Source: Babesia bigemina (Eukaryota). Taken from it: a stretch of 64,000 nucleotides of DNA. Of the stretch, positions 49,201 to 59,540 are shown one piece after another. The position numbers and the translations under genes are program-made. The stretch spans positions 992,001 through 1,056,000 of the forward strand of contig NC_027216.1 in the NCBI RefSeq assembly GCF_000981445.1, given 5' to 3'. The notes under the pieces were generated by a model. That model made no database searches, was not told the DNA's origin, and saw only the letters and a list, made by a program, of their open reading frames with translations. Numbering within the stretch: position 1 is the stretch's first letter; each line of letters begins with the position of its first letter.

Positions 49201-49607
49201 AGCAGTGGCTGAGCGAAAGACTCTACCCACGTATACGAAATGACCTCATGATACGCATGCCAAAGCTGTCCACTTTCTTTGCCATGGCAGCAGTACTGGT
49301 ATGCTCTACGCTCATGTTCAACGTGCGCAATGCTCGTCTGATATATTTTTTATGCTGCATTGACGTCATTGCTTTCGTGCATATGATGGGGTTGCGTCGG
49401 GTCATGTTGCTCCTCGGGATGGCTGCGCGATGGGCGAAGAACCTTTTGACTATGGCTATCGCTACGCTGGGTGTGTCTTGGAGTGTGGCTATTGCTATGA
49501 CGCTGCTGGCCGGGTCGCTTCTCTGGCGCCAGGTAGTAAGGCGGATGCCGGCAATATTAGGGGGGCGCCGCCGTTCCAGGTACCTGCTGTTGAAGCAGGG
49601 CAGGTAG
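46203..49607 (+). CDS. Guanylate-binding protein/atlastin-like large GTPase with C-terminal TM segments
   Basis: G1 GSVKTGKS, TTRGIWIW and LLDVEG motifs, a long helical region, hydrophobic C-terminal segments, and a signal-like N-terminus. Confidence 0.85.
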   Translation: MSFIMKRHSAPWKAAIFRVLRIACLSWSLTTCGNAAASLASKDSQTGFTAYGESCAGAGCIFDESSVGADIHEFCLVPGVGGGRAVQLVRPTDDHLGLELVEEGMQLLRSIPKPIAIVTAIGSVKTGKSSLLNVLNEHVLCAKGDQLDGFHVSDSVNATTRGIWIWSEPIEVESRVLQEHIDKGLTSKSSAFDHLVTVMDSLMGGTLRAKLTAKGRADFSKRSVDRVNVVLLDVEGFNSTDGFQRYDEALFTLAATLSTELIYLTHKVLDSRDLLDLQHMLQTANSTIVNIYRSLSNAPSVVIGEGNYARSHQGVSVIQQAGVAEETGCDACNIITNVSRTASGERLGGGLLDLQTRTTLTMSVQGFNLQLQESALDYLNEVINVKRFDLSYNDQRSFLANLSQMREQFVRFFKADSRSRATASSPDQLATDLISRMTSGYKYVIPHVFGAVDALLMSAPSKNNKTPRKCELARGYLEQVLNFKIRLFKRCLMSPKTRVSFVLNDTVHMAGNDFGDLLDHLVKTLNDSLKAGSVDYEGDFRLTRANLVKNDLVDLYAQELGGFTRKLPIPLPVELADFNEVTKTKYIQLIELYASYDITPDNYRALKADFEGRLSKLMEYFDHELHEITLKHCRAVLPGVKNAISELTAQLKLPVLPSVIEDLERKRLEILDIFVQAVDANGVEYSTTEASKAVAVEVVEFIDTQIHDLYRENESEINAVFQEGTRRAIEFYVSNSDRNAVEKYRVSSTDFVESVNAWIGGSYAAYYQVVGDFKEMDDMNRKSLEFLGKQLSLLEKESMDHWDDVCRHSLSQTMHRFKSTFDVQLQQLVPFRPAPKPILRIAIEYLRARGWAAMAELHCGTSQVVRNTQPIFNRMVDEIGQNAVKSNDESVFRHFHKEFMIMYQEAVERVDHVYHFYQLKKHMHWYAKRHVFAHIKVVDQLLRPKRAAEELKKNVDVDVLENITDAKLLREAKSLLLIGSADASKTHVIDASILLEDIVEQWLSERLYPRIRNDLMIRMPKLSTFFAMAAVLVCSTLMFNVRNARLIYFLCCIDVIAFVHMMGLRRVMLLLGMAARWAKNLLTMAIATLGVSWSVAIAMTLLAGSLLWRQVVRRMPAILGGRRRSRYLLLKQGR

Positions 49608-49877
49608 CACCACATCGCCTGCGCCACTACAGTCATATTGGAGGTGTGTCTAGTGTATGTCGCGTTCAATGCGGGCGTCACCCTTGTAAACCACCATCGC
49701 AACACCAGAGTAAGGGACATGGGTGGTTGCCGGCTATTAACAGCGCATGAATACTACACCGCTCCTTGATATCGCCAAATAGATATATAATATTCCTTCA
49801 TATTGTGTTGGTGAGATTGCCATTTCATTATATGTCCGCGCGACATCCGCGGCGGGTGCACAATAGGCGCTTGCACT

Positions 49878-51331
49878 TCACGCTTCTTTATTCGCCTTGT
49901 CCAATAGCGCTCCCAAACCGAACGGGTCTGATGTCTCCTTGACAAACTCAACGGGCGTTGTCCGTTGTACCTGCGCGGCGTTAGCAAAAGATGGCACGCG
50001 AGCTGCTTCACTAGCTCCCAAGGACTGCTTGAAACGCTCGTTGGAGTGCTGATATATCCCGACGATGCTCCGATCAACAAACAGGGGTTTGTCATACACG
50101 TTGTAAGTCTCATCTTCGCCGGCGTTGAATCCAGAGTCAATACCCGCCGCAGTATTCAGCAGTCGCGAGTCGTGCGTGTCTGAGACCCTGCTCGGTGCAG
50201 GCTGCCCGAGGGCGACACGTTCTGTGATATCCCTGTCCCGGGCGGCGGCAGCCTTGATCTTCTTGCCAGCTCGCTCCAAGCGCAGCTCACGCTCGATCTC
50301 TCTCTTGCGCTCAAACTCGGCTGCCTGCAGTTCGCTGTGCACGTCAATCCGAGAACGCTCCTCGCGCGCACGAGCGGCCAGAGCACGCAGTTGCTCCTCC
50401 TTCTCCTGCGCCTCTTTAAGCTTCTCCATACGATGCGCTTCGTTTCGCAGCCGAACCTCCTCACGTGCCGTGCGCTCCGCCAGTGAGAGGCTCTCGCCGA
50501 ATACGGCAAACTTCTCATTCACGTACACCTCCTGGAGGCGGCGGCCATCAGCCTGCACACGCTTGTCAATCGGGATGGTATAGCCCTTAGAATTCTTCCA
50601 GTTGCTGATGCAAGGGGGGATCTTCCACGCCAACTGGTCCTCCTTCGTCAGCTTACGAGGGGGCGAATGCTGCAACGGAGGAGGCGGCGACGGCGCCGCA
50701 GCAGGCAACTTCTTGTTGCGGTAACGCGATGGCTCCAAAGGATCCGTCTCTTTCTCCACCATCTTGATCAGACGTTGGTTTATGGTGCCAGCAGACTGCT
50801 GACTTGGCGTGTAGCGAAAGATTACGGGTTCGCTGGTGGGTCCAGACGAGGCGTTACCCAGCTGCCTACGGCGCGTGAGTGTCATCTCTAGTGCCTCCCG
50901 TGTGCGGTCTAGGTTTTTGTTAACGGCATCGTCAGTAGGACGGGCCAGCGCGTCCTCGCTGAACTGCTTCTCCCGTTGGTCCGCCGGTTTGGAGTACACG
51001 ATCTTGTCGCTGCGAACTCCCTGGCGCACCACCCTATCGAATTCCGGCCTTCCTTCGCTGTCATATTGCAGCGCGAGGGTGCGAGAACTCTGCAACAACA
51101 TCAGATTTGTGCGAAGGGCAACGCGCCGTAGTAGCACACAGCAAACCCACCTCCGCATCGTGTCTAGACACGGCAAGCTCTTCCTGTATTGAGAAGCAGC
51201 CTGCGGCGCCGCTGCTTCCGGGTAGAAGCTCCCGCTGGCTCTGCAGCAACACATGGTTGCTTTTCCTGTGACGCGATGACATAGACGACGCCTAAACACA
51301 CCTCGTGTAGTTCGACATCGTGCGTCGACAT
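49878..51331 (-). CDS. SNW1: SNW1/SKIP (Prp45) spliceosomal protein; 5' exons uncertain
   Basis: DPLEP, HSPPRKLT..Q..WKIPPCISNWKNSKGYTIPIDKR, RDRDITERVALG and YNVYDKPLF motifs. Confidence 0.93.
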
Positions 51332-51386
51332 GCGATATTTATTTAAAGGTTGTTTTGATGCGAAATTTTCGTATCTGTGCACTACA

Positions 51387-54271
51387 TTATCGACCCGTCA
51401 GGAACATGATGAGCAGGTCTACCGCGGTCAGGTCCACTGCATTAAAAATGGAATAATTCCGCAAAAAACACTCGTTTTGGTGGTTTACGTCCTGAAAATA
51501 GATGAAGCGTGGCTCAGAAGCTTACCTTTGACAAATTGAAGAAGCTGACGGCCGCCCTCTGCACGCTCGGTTGCGGCGCGCCGAGCTTATTTTTGAACGC
51601 CTTTAGCACTACCACCGCGTGTTCACACAGCTGATGAGCATACAGCCGAGGAAATGTCAAACCGAGGCACTTTTTGCTGGCCTCAATGACGCCCATTATC
51701 TCGGAATCCTCACCCGTGCCGGTCTCCACCATGTGACTCAAGTACATCGCGTAGAACGTCAGGTCCTCCGGGTTGTGACATCGGGATCCCATCGACTCGA
51801 ATACAATTTCGTAGTACTTTTTGGCCTCATCGAACATGGCCAAATCGTAATCCGCGGTTTCGGCGTACATCCTTAGCATGTCTTCATTGCCAGGGAACAT
51901 TTCAAGGCCGTATCTGAGCAGAGGTAGCACCACGGGGGAATTAAAATGAGTGCTCAGAGCACGAGCGGTGGAGACGATTTGTCTAGGACCTAGCACGTTG
52001 TCCAAAACTGCGTGCTTCTCAATCCACGGCTTATAGTGGTCCAACCGATGCATTACTTCCCAGGGGCGCTCCTCAGCGACTTCAGACGGCCCCTTATAGC
52101 GGAACGCCAAATAGCGGCTGTTGGAAAACAGCAGCTCGAAATGACTGCTACCCGCCCATAAGCGGTTGCACAAACGGCGGTAATACGGGGCGCCAGATGG
52201 GCAGGTGCCCAATGGGTTGAGGGACAGCAACTTCTGCACCCCGTAAGGGCCCTTGTCACGAGGAATGGTGCAAAATTTCATCGGCACAATAACCACATCC
52301 GTTTTATAGCGCCCACGTAGCGTCTCCCCGAACCAGCGGGCGTCGTTGCAGTCGCCCAACGTATAGAAGAAATGGGTCTTCCGGCGCAGCGGCGTGTACT
52401 CGTACTGCGGATTGAGAACTATGCGTGCGCTTGAAGCCGCTCGTAACGCACTCGACGTGGGCATGTCAGATAGTATTGGAGTTCCTGATTCGAGATGGTG
52501 GTTTACCCATTGGACGAGGTCCTTCAGGTCATCTCTGTTGTAAAGCTCCCCAACAGGAGGAGTGCGCATTTCTTGCACGGGCATCGTGGTGAAATAAGGA
52601 GCCAAGGCGAGGGAAATCATCAACATTGTTATCCAGTTGCTGCAAATCATGCTGCGCCACTAAAGGGCAAACGTACGAAGTTTTGACGCGAGGCAGGCGG
52701 AGGAGCAGCATGGAATAGCCCGAAAACACGCACATCAAAGGAAGCGCCAGAACCCGTAGGCGCGACACCATCGTAGCCATGGACGCGAACACCACCAGCT
52801 GAATACCTAGGTAATAGTTGAAACGCCCTTGAAAGCCACGAATAGACCGGTCACCCTGCTGTCGCTCAGATATGCATGGGTGGAAACTTCTTACCTTGCA
52901 CGAAAGCAGCATGAGAATCATTAACGACGCTGCCGCGTAGTGGAACAGTCGCGTACTGGCTATGCGCTGCAACACGCCCGCAGAAATGGTTCGGAACTCC
53001 TGAAGACACATTACGCCAAAATGGTAACACCTACCGCCCCCATCAAGTAAATCTGTGAGTCGAACGTTGGCCTAGACAGACCCAACTTGGATAACAAAAT
53101 CTCATTTATGTGGCCATCATGGCGACTAGTGAGAGCAATTAAAGCATTCGCAAACACGAATATTGTCAGCGAAAGCATGACCTTCTGGAATGCAGTATAG
53201 ACCCTAAAACGTTGGGAGCAGATGCCATCGGGCTGAATTGCATGCATTGAGATAAATACAGCCAGACAACCCGTGAACATGACCGACGTAAGCAAGAAAG
53301 AGGGGCACAGCATAAGCAGCCACGAAAACGTGAGGGATCCTAGCGCTACCACGCTTATACGTTTCATTTCTGCATCCGTTACGGCATTGAACAGATTCAA
53401 CAAAAATAAGCAACCCAACTGAGTAGCCAATATGTGCAAAGACAGCTGCCACGTCAAGATCATCCACGTGTACGCGACGAATAGGAAGGTGTAATGGCGA
53501 CTCACACGGCGTCGGTGCGCCAAAATGTGGCGGATGCACAACAACGACGCCCATAGTGCAGGAAGCGCGAAGTTCTCACGCAGCGGGAGGGCGGAAATAC
53601 GACTGATCAACTTCTCGTAGAAGTTAGACAAATAGAGCCCAAAGAAGAGGACACCGGCCCACCTGGATTTCCCTATCTTGCAGGCCAACAAAAACAAGAG
53701 CGCGACGCCACCTGCATTTAAGACGAGCACTGAAAGCAAATTTGTGTTATTTGTCCCGCAACGTGCCTGCAAATGCATAGAAGTTGAACGGATTCGAAAA
53801 TATATATCGCAGGTTGCAGAGACGATAAAACGATCCTAGGATGATTTCTGCACACGAAGCTGTCAGATTATTTACACCGATTGCGTACCCTGCACTATAT
53901 TGAGCCGCTTGAAAGCGACGACGATTTCAGGGTACTCCGTGCGGTCGTCATGACTGGTTAAGCAATTGAAATGATAGTATTCGTTGAGCTTACGTTAGGG
54001 CGTTCCACACCGCTGCCCAACTGGGTGCATCGACAACATCGTAGTAGAAGGACAAGTAGAAGGCTGACTGCTCGTGGTTATATATATCCTACGCGTGATG
54101 GCACACACCTCTGAATAGTACATCAACTTCTGGTCCTCTGGTTCCAGGTCGAAGATGCCGCGGTAACGCCGCAACAGCAAAATAGACACCAGCAGCCTTA
54201 AACGGTTAGTTGCTGATGAACTACACTCACCATACCGAAAGCGTCGCAGACAAATATGGATGGCTTTTCAT
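51387..54271 (-). CDS. DPY19: DPY19-family tryptophan C-mannosyltransferase, multi-exon
   Basis: YYSE..FYLSFY, DDRTEYP, PLRENFALP, WQLS..IL.TQ, RLRVLALP..C and SDMPTS.ALRA....IVLNPQYE motifs, with many TM segments. Confidence 0.85.
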
Positions 54272-54959
54272 TCTAGCATTTGCGGTTCAACAGAATCTGT
54301 AGGTGCAGCTACACACCGTGTAAGAAGCCCTATCTAGCTGTGAATTCTCGTTGCTGCTGGGACATCGGCTTCAATGCGCAGCACATTATCACATGTGCCG
54401 AAACTATGGTCTAATATTCGTCTGTAGTTGGTTTCTAAGGCTTCCAAAAACAAAAACGCTTATGTTGTGCGTCTTATCCACCTATGGGATGTGACATGAT
54501 AAGACAAGTCGCCATTGTGTGTGTGTCCGGCCTCCTCATTGACCTTCTACACACTATCATGATTCATCGGCTATATGCCACCCCCGACAATATTACTTAA
54601 TACAGTCGCCGATAGCTGGAGCCATACGAGCTGTCTGCGGTGGAGAACGCTGTTGCTACGCACGGTGTAGAATCACTGATCGGCATCTCGAAAATGCATA
54701 ACGATTTGGAAGTGACTTATTGGCATTGTATAGCGGCTTGGATTCATTAACGCGATACTCCGAAACGGTAATGACAGTGTGTTAGTGGTGACATAAATGA
54801 ATGGAATTCACCCGAAGCGTTAGCCATCCTCTAAGTCACGCAGCCACCCCCACGTTTTATATGTTGCTTGTTTCTGTTATAAGGACTATTGCAGGCACGT
54901 ATCTAATACGGTGAATATGTGACGTATTTTGACACGGAGACTTATTATTTCGCACTTTT

Positions 54960-56250
54960 ACCTAAGCAGCTGATGTGGAGACATGTGACATCCTACAGAT
55001 TCCTTTGCCATCTGTTGAGCTTATATTTGAGTTATTGCACGCAAGTAGCGTATATACGTAAGGTATCAAACAGCAAAATAGGATCTCTGTAAGAATAACA
55101 GATGCGAATGTAATAATGATCACAATATATACGCATTTAAGTATTACGCGTAACACTTAACAAAAGGCGCCTTCCCCATTGTTTGGAATTTTGGTTTTTC
55201 CGGTTTTATGCTGCGTGCACATTCTCACCTGGTCGATTACTATCCGTCGATTCTTCCATATCTTAAGAATCTACGGTCCTCGTTACATCGGCAGATTTGT
55301 GGCCCGCCGCAACGTCCTACAAAGTGGAATATCCCATAAAAATCACTCACATACATATGAATTGGTAGTGAAGCGTTGAAACTTTGAGGATATACAACCG
55401 AAGTAGCGCAAAGGCACCTGGTTGAAACGGCCTCCTATAATAGTTAGACACTACGGTACGTGCTGTGGTAGCCGTTGAACGCTGACGTATGAAACGTCCA
55501 GCGCATGTGTTCATCACAGTGGCGAATGAAAGTTGCAATCAGCGCTACTACCAACCCTGAGCTCTCTGCGAAATAAACAACCCATAATGGCGCAGGTCGG
55601 TAGACTGCGAATCACAAGCTTATAGAGCACCTTATGTTGCCAACGAAAAGCAACCAAGCGTTTCTGATTCATGTGTCAAACAGAATGGGGCGACAAAACA
55701 TTTACTTTTTTGCAACCGCGTAAGTGCACCAGCGATACCTACCATATAATTGATTGGTACGTGGCAAAACATGGCACAGGTTGTCTACCAGCATTCGCGC
55801 ATCATGCACTCCCATGCCAATAATGTTGCTCAGCACATATGTTGCAAAATGAGGACACGTAACCAACAAAAATACTCGAACTCAAATCATCCAAAAACTA
55901 CGACTCACACCGACGTCAAACTGCGCTCTTGAGGGGATAGGGCGCTGTAGGCAGCATCTGTCACAGAAACAGTATACCCAACAGCGTGTGCGCCTAGAAT
56001 TGCCCTGTAATGCAATGCGAGTGACAAGCAAAAGTTTGCACCTTATTAAAGCAGTTACGCACTGCACTCACTGGCATCTCTGGCGTTACAACCCGTAGAC
56101 AGCTAATCACGCCAAACAAGATCATACGTTCGTTTATATACGAATTGTGTAATTAGGAAAACCTATTACCCCGTCAATTACTCAATACACACCAGAGAGG
56201 GTGTGCACACCCGTAACCGGCCATACACAACGTTGTACATGGCAGCCATC
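54960..56250 (-). other. Possible small multi-exon gene with a hydrophobic terminal segment
   Basis: Several GTGAG-like donors and CAG acceptors on the minus strand plus a TM-like ORF at 54962-55156; could not be assembled reliably. Confidence 0.25.
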
Positions 56251-56588
56251 TATTAGAAGTTCTACAGGTATTTTACATTAAATATAGATACACTAGGGTA
56301 CCTAATAGAGGCTGCAATATGACGTAGTATCGGTGCAACATATCAGGCTATGGGGCATATCACATCGACTCATGATGGCTATTGGAGCGACGCTATACAC
56401 ATTCACACTTCTCATTGAACACGCATTCCTTATACGATTAAGCCCTTAAGAGGGCCTTGTTTTCAATTCTAGGGTCCACTGCGCTATTTTGTTGGCGCCT
56501 AGACGCGGACTGATACGCTACCGCGTGCCCACCTCCACCGTACACTCGCAACGGAGTAACTTAATTATTACCATCGCCTTTTGTAACT

Positions 56589-57655
56589 ATGGCTGCATCT
56601 GTCGATTCGCGGGCCGAAGCGGCCAACTACTACGACCCTGAGAAAAGTTAGTGCAAACAATAGCCGTTCAATCCCCTGCAGATGCGACCGGTGACCACTA
56701 CTGTTTCTCGGAGACTACTCCGATGTACATCCGTCACGAATTTGTCAAGAAAGTGTTCGGCATCGTCACCATCCAACTCGCTGTAAGTTTGCTTCTATAA
56801 CATAGCGCTACGAATCCCATTCTACGCATTATTCGTCACCTTCTGTTGCAATTATGATGTATCACTCTGGATTCTGTCGCATGGTAGAGCCGTTTTCCTT
56901 CCTTATGACTAGTTCTTTCTCATGCGACACCTTGTTCATTGGCGGTGGTAGCCTTTTCTTGAAGATTTATTTTGGTAGGCGTATTTCGTTGCGACCTCTA
57001 CAATACAAAACTCATGTGAACTGTAGGCGACTTTCGCTTTTATGCTTGCAACCTTTAACGTCGAAGCCATGAAACAGTTCTTCCTACTGCGGCCTTATAT
57101 TGGGATAGTGGCAATCATCATCTTTATGATCGCCTCGATTGTAGTTGTTTGCAAACGTTCCTTGGCACACAACAAGGCTGTAGCCGCTTCTCTTTTGGTT
57201 TTGATGACAGGATGTATGATGCTTTACGTTGCGTGCTTCGCCGTGCACTTTGCTGCATTCGAAGTAACAGTAGCAGCGGGCATGACAGCTGGTTTGACGC
57301 TGGGTGTCACTCTTTTTGCTATGCAGACGAAGTATGACTTTACAGGTATGCGTGGTTATCATGCTTTTAAATGTCTGCAGGGTACATCATGCACATATTC
57401 TGCTTTAGCCTCGGCCTGTTCTTCGCTGGCATCCTCATTGCAATCTTCCCTAGCAGGGCGCTGCGCATTGCGTACTCAACAGTTGGAGCTCTGCTTGCGT
57501 GCGTCTATCTGGTTGTCGACATACAGTTAGCCGTTGGTGGTAGGAAGCACGAGTGGACAATTGACGACTACGTCATCGCGGCAATATCCATCTACCTTGA
57601 CATCATTAACCTCTTCGTCCATCTGCTCAGGCTTCTTGGTGATGCTAATGAGTGA
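56589..57655 (+). CDS. Bax inhibitor-1/TMBIM (LFG-like) membrane protein, multi-exon
   Basis: [35 protein letters not shown] and [18 protein letters not shown] motifs. Confidence 0.92.
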
Positions 57656-58190
57656 GGAGTTGCTGGAGCTCGTAAATAAGTTTACAATCTTCTCCGGCAT
57701 CTGTTGTCAATGGCATGGAAATACATGCCAAGGAGCGCTCTCTGGAACGTTTTCTAATGTACTAATTAATATCAATAATCAACACTGTGAATGGCCTAAT
57801 GTGAGTAGTGACATCATTAAACGTCGTCGCTCCATGATGTTATATACTGAATACCTCCTCGCGTAAATAATAGCCTCAAATGGATGCCAGCGTTTCCTCG
57901 TAAATACATAATCCATCGCCGTATTATAGTCGAGTTAGCATCAGGCATTTGTGTTGTGAGTACTTTTTCGTGATAAGAAAGTGAAACTTTACAGCGTATC
58001 ACCTCCGGGCGGCAAGCGTGGGCATTGCTAATTGGATAATCTGACGCAAGAACGCACGCACATTAACCATCAACGCAATACACAGCGCCTATTGCAGCGG
58101 CACGCCTGTTATAAGAGACCTATCGTATTAACGAAGCATAATTATTAAGTCCGTGGCACGGATATTTCAGAGTTGGTGTACCTGAGCTAC

Positions 58191-58650
58191 TTATTATTAT
58201 GGTGTCTGTCTTTTACAGTGTGCTCTGACTACATGGCCAGGTCCGATGTTCGGCTTTTCAGGGATATATACTAAAGGTGCTGTTGGTTGCAGGTTCACGT
58301 CAGGCAGACCTATGTAACCCTTGAATTCTGTACCGGTGTAACCGTCGGGATTCCTGAACTTCGGTTTCCCGCATTACCATATAGCGTTTAATCATGTCAA
58401 TGTAACCAGATTTGAATTCCGATGGAAGGTGATTCCGCCACCTTCTCACCGCATCCGTGTGCCACGCTGGTAATGTAATAGTAACTGTCTGTGCGCGCTA
58501 CGGTGCGAGATTAAGGTGCTGAAGAGTCACATGGATTTGCCAGCCGACACAAAATATTACATCATATAGATACTCTAACAATCACTCGCATTTCGTGAAT
58601 TCACCCGGCGGATGGCCCAACGCCTCTCCCATGCTGCCGACTCCGGCAGC
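58191..58650 (-). mobile_element. Retroelement remnant (copy D), ending in a short TAA-repeat tail
   Basis: 3' part matches 1169-1253 and 5' part matches inverted 3925-4290; ends ...cacactgtaaaagacagacaccataataataa in element sense. Confidence 0.55.
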
Positions 58651-58720
58651 CTCTGACCCGTTTCAGTCCTATGTTAGTATTAAACGACAACAGTGATTAT
58701 TACATCCCAGTCATTGCATC

Positions 58721-59235
58721 TATTATTATGTTCTCTCATCTTATAGTGTGCTATCTGGCTACATGTGACTTGTGTTACTGTTAAGTTTACCAAGGCTACC
58801 GCCTCACTCTGAAACCGGTTGCGGGATCCACGTCGGTCCATTGCCGATCGTCACTGGTGCCATCCATGCGGGCGTCTATCAAGTTTGGGGTAGAGGTTAG
58901 TTGGCCGGGTCATTATCATCAATAGGTATCACGTTACTCATCGCAGCGTACGGATTTGTAGCTCTAACATCGCGTTGGATGTGGGAATATATGCGATCGG
59001 AGATGCCAAGAGCTAGTAGATGCATATTATACTGTCGCTCCACAATCCATTTCCACGTCACAACATTTGGTACAACCATGGGCATCGTCTTATCCTTTAA
59101 AAGGCATTGGTACCTTTCACGCTTCTATGGCATCGTCTCCACAACGTTATATGCGCTGTAAATCGCCACATCGAGAATGGCGATAGCATTGCGATGATAA
59201 TGTATCGCCAATGATGGGTGTCTTGCAGAGGAGAA
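58721..59235 (-). mobile_element. Retroelement RLE remnant (copy E), homolog of copy C
   Basis: Single minus frame: RHPSLAIHYHRNAIAILDVAIYSAYNVVETMP*KRERYQCLLKD..VVPNVVTWKWIV..LGISDRIYSHIQR. 58817-58889 matches 6627-6699 at 65/73 nt (manual count). Confidence 0.7.
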
Positions 59236-59540
59236 TTTTGTTGGGAAAGACAACGATGCCTCATACATAAAATTATAGTTACATAAATTGCATAAAAAAG
59301 TTATCAATGATATAACATTAACACTGTTGTCTAATATATTAATTTTTTAGTCCTTATTTTTTGAGGAAAATTCTTCCATAACAAGGCAGCTAGCTGGGGA
59401 GGTGGAATCTTCACTGCCACTGCTTTGAAAATTACTAGCCCTTCTTATTAATTAATTCATATATTCATGCGTGGTAAGTTGGTGGGAGGCCATTTTTACT
59501 CAGGGTTATTTTTGTCTGTCGTCGGACGAAAAATATAACC

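Noticed and set aside
30083..51331. Apparent cluster of RNA-processing and transcription genes (MAT1, INTS7-like, MTR4, LUC7, SNW1)
   Set aside because: They are interspersed with unrelated genes, such genes are common in compact parasite genomes, and there is no sign of co-regulation
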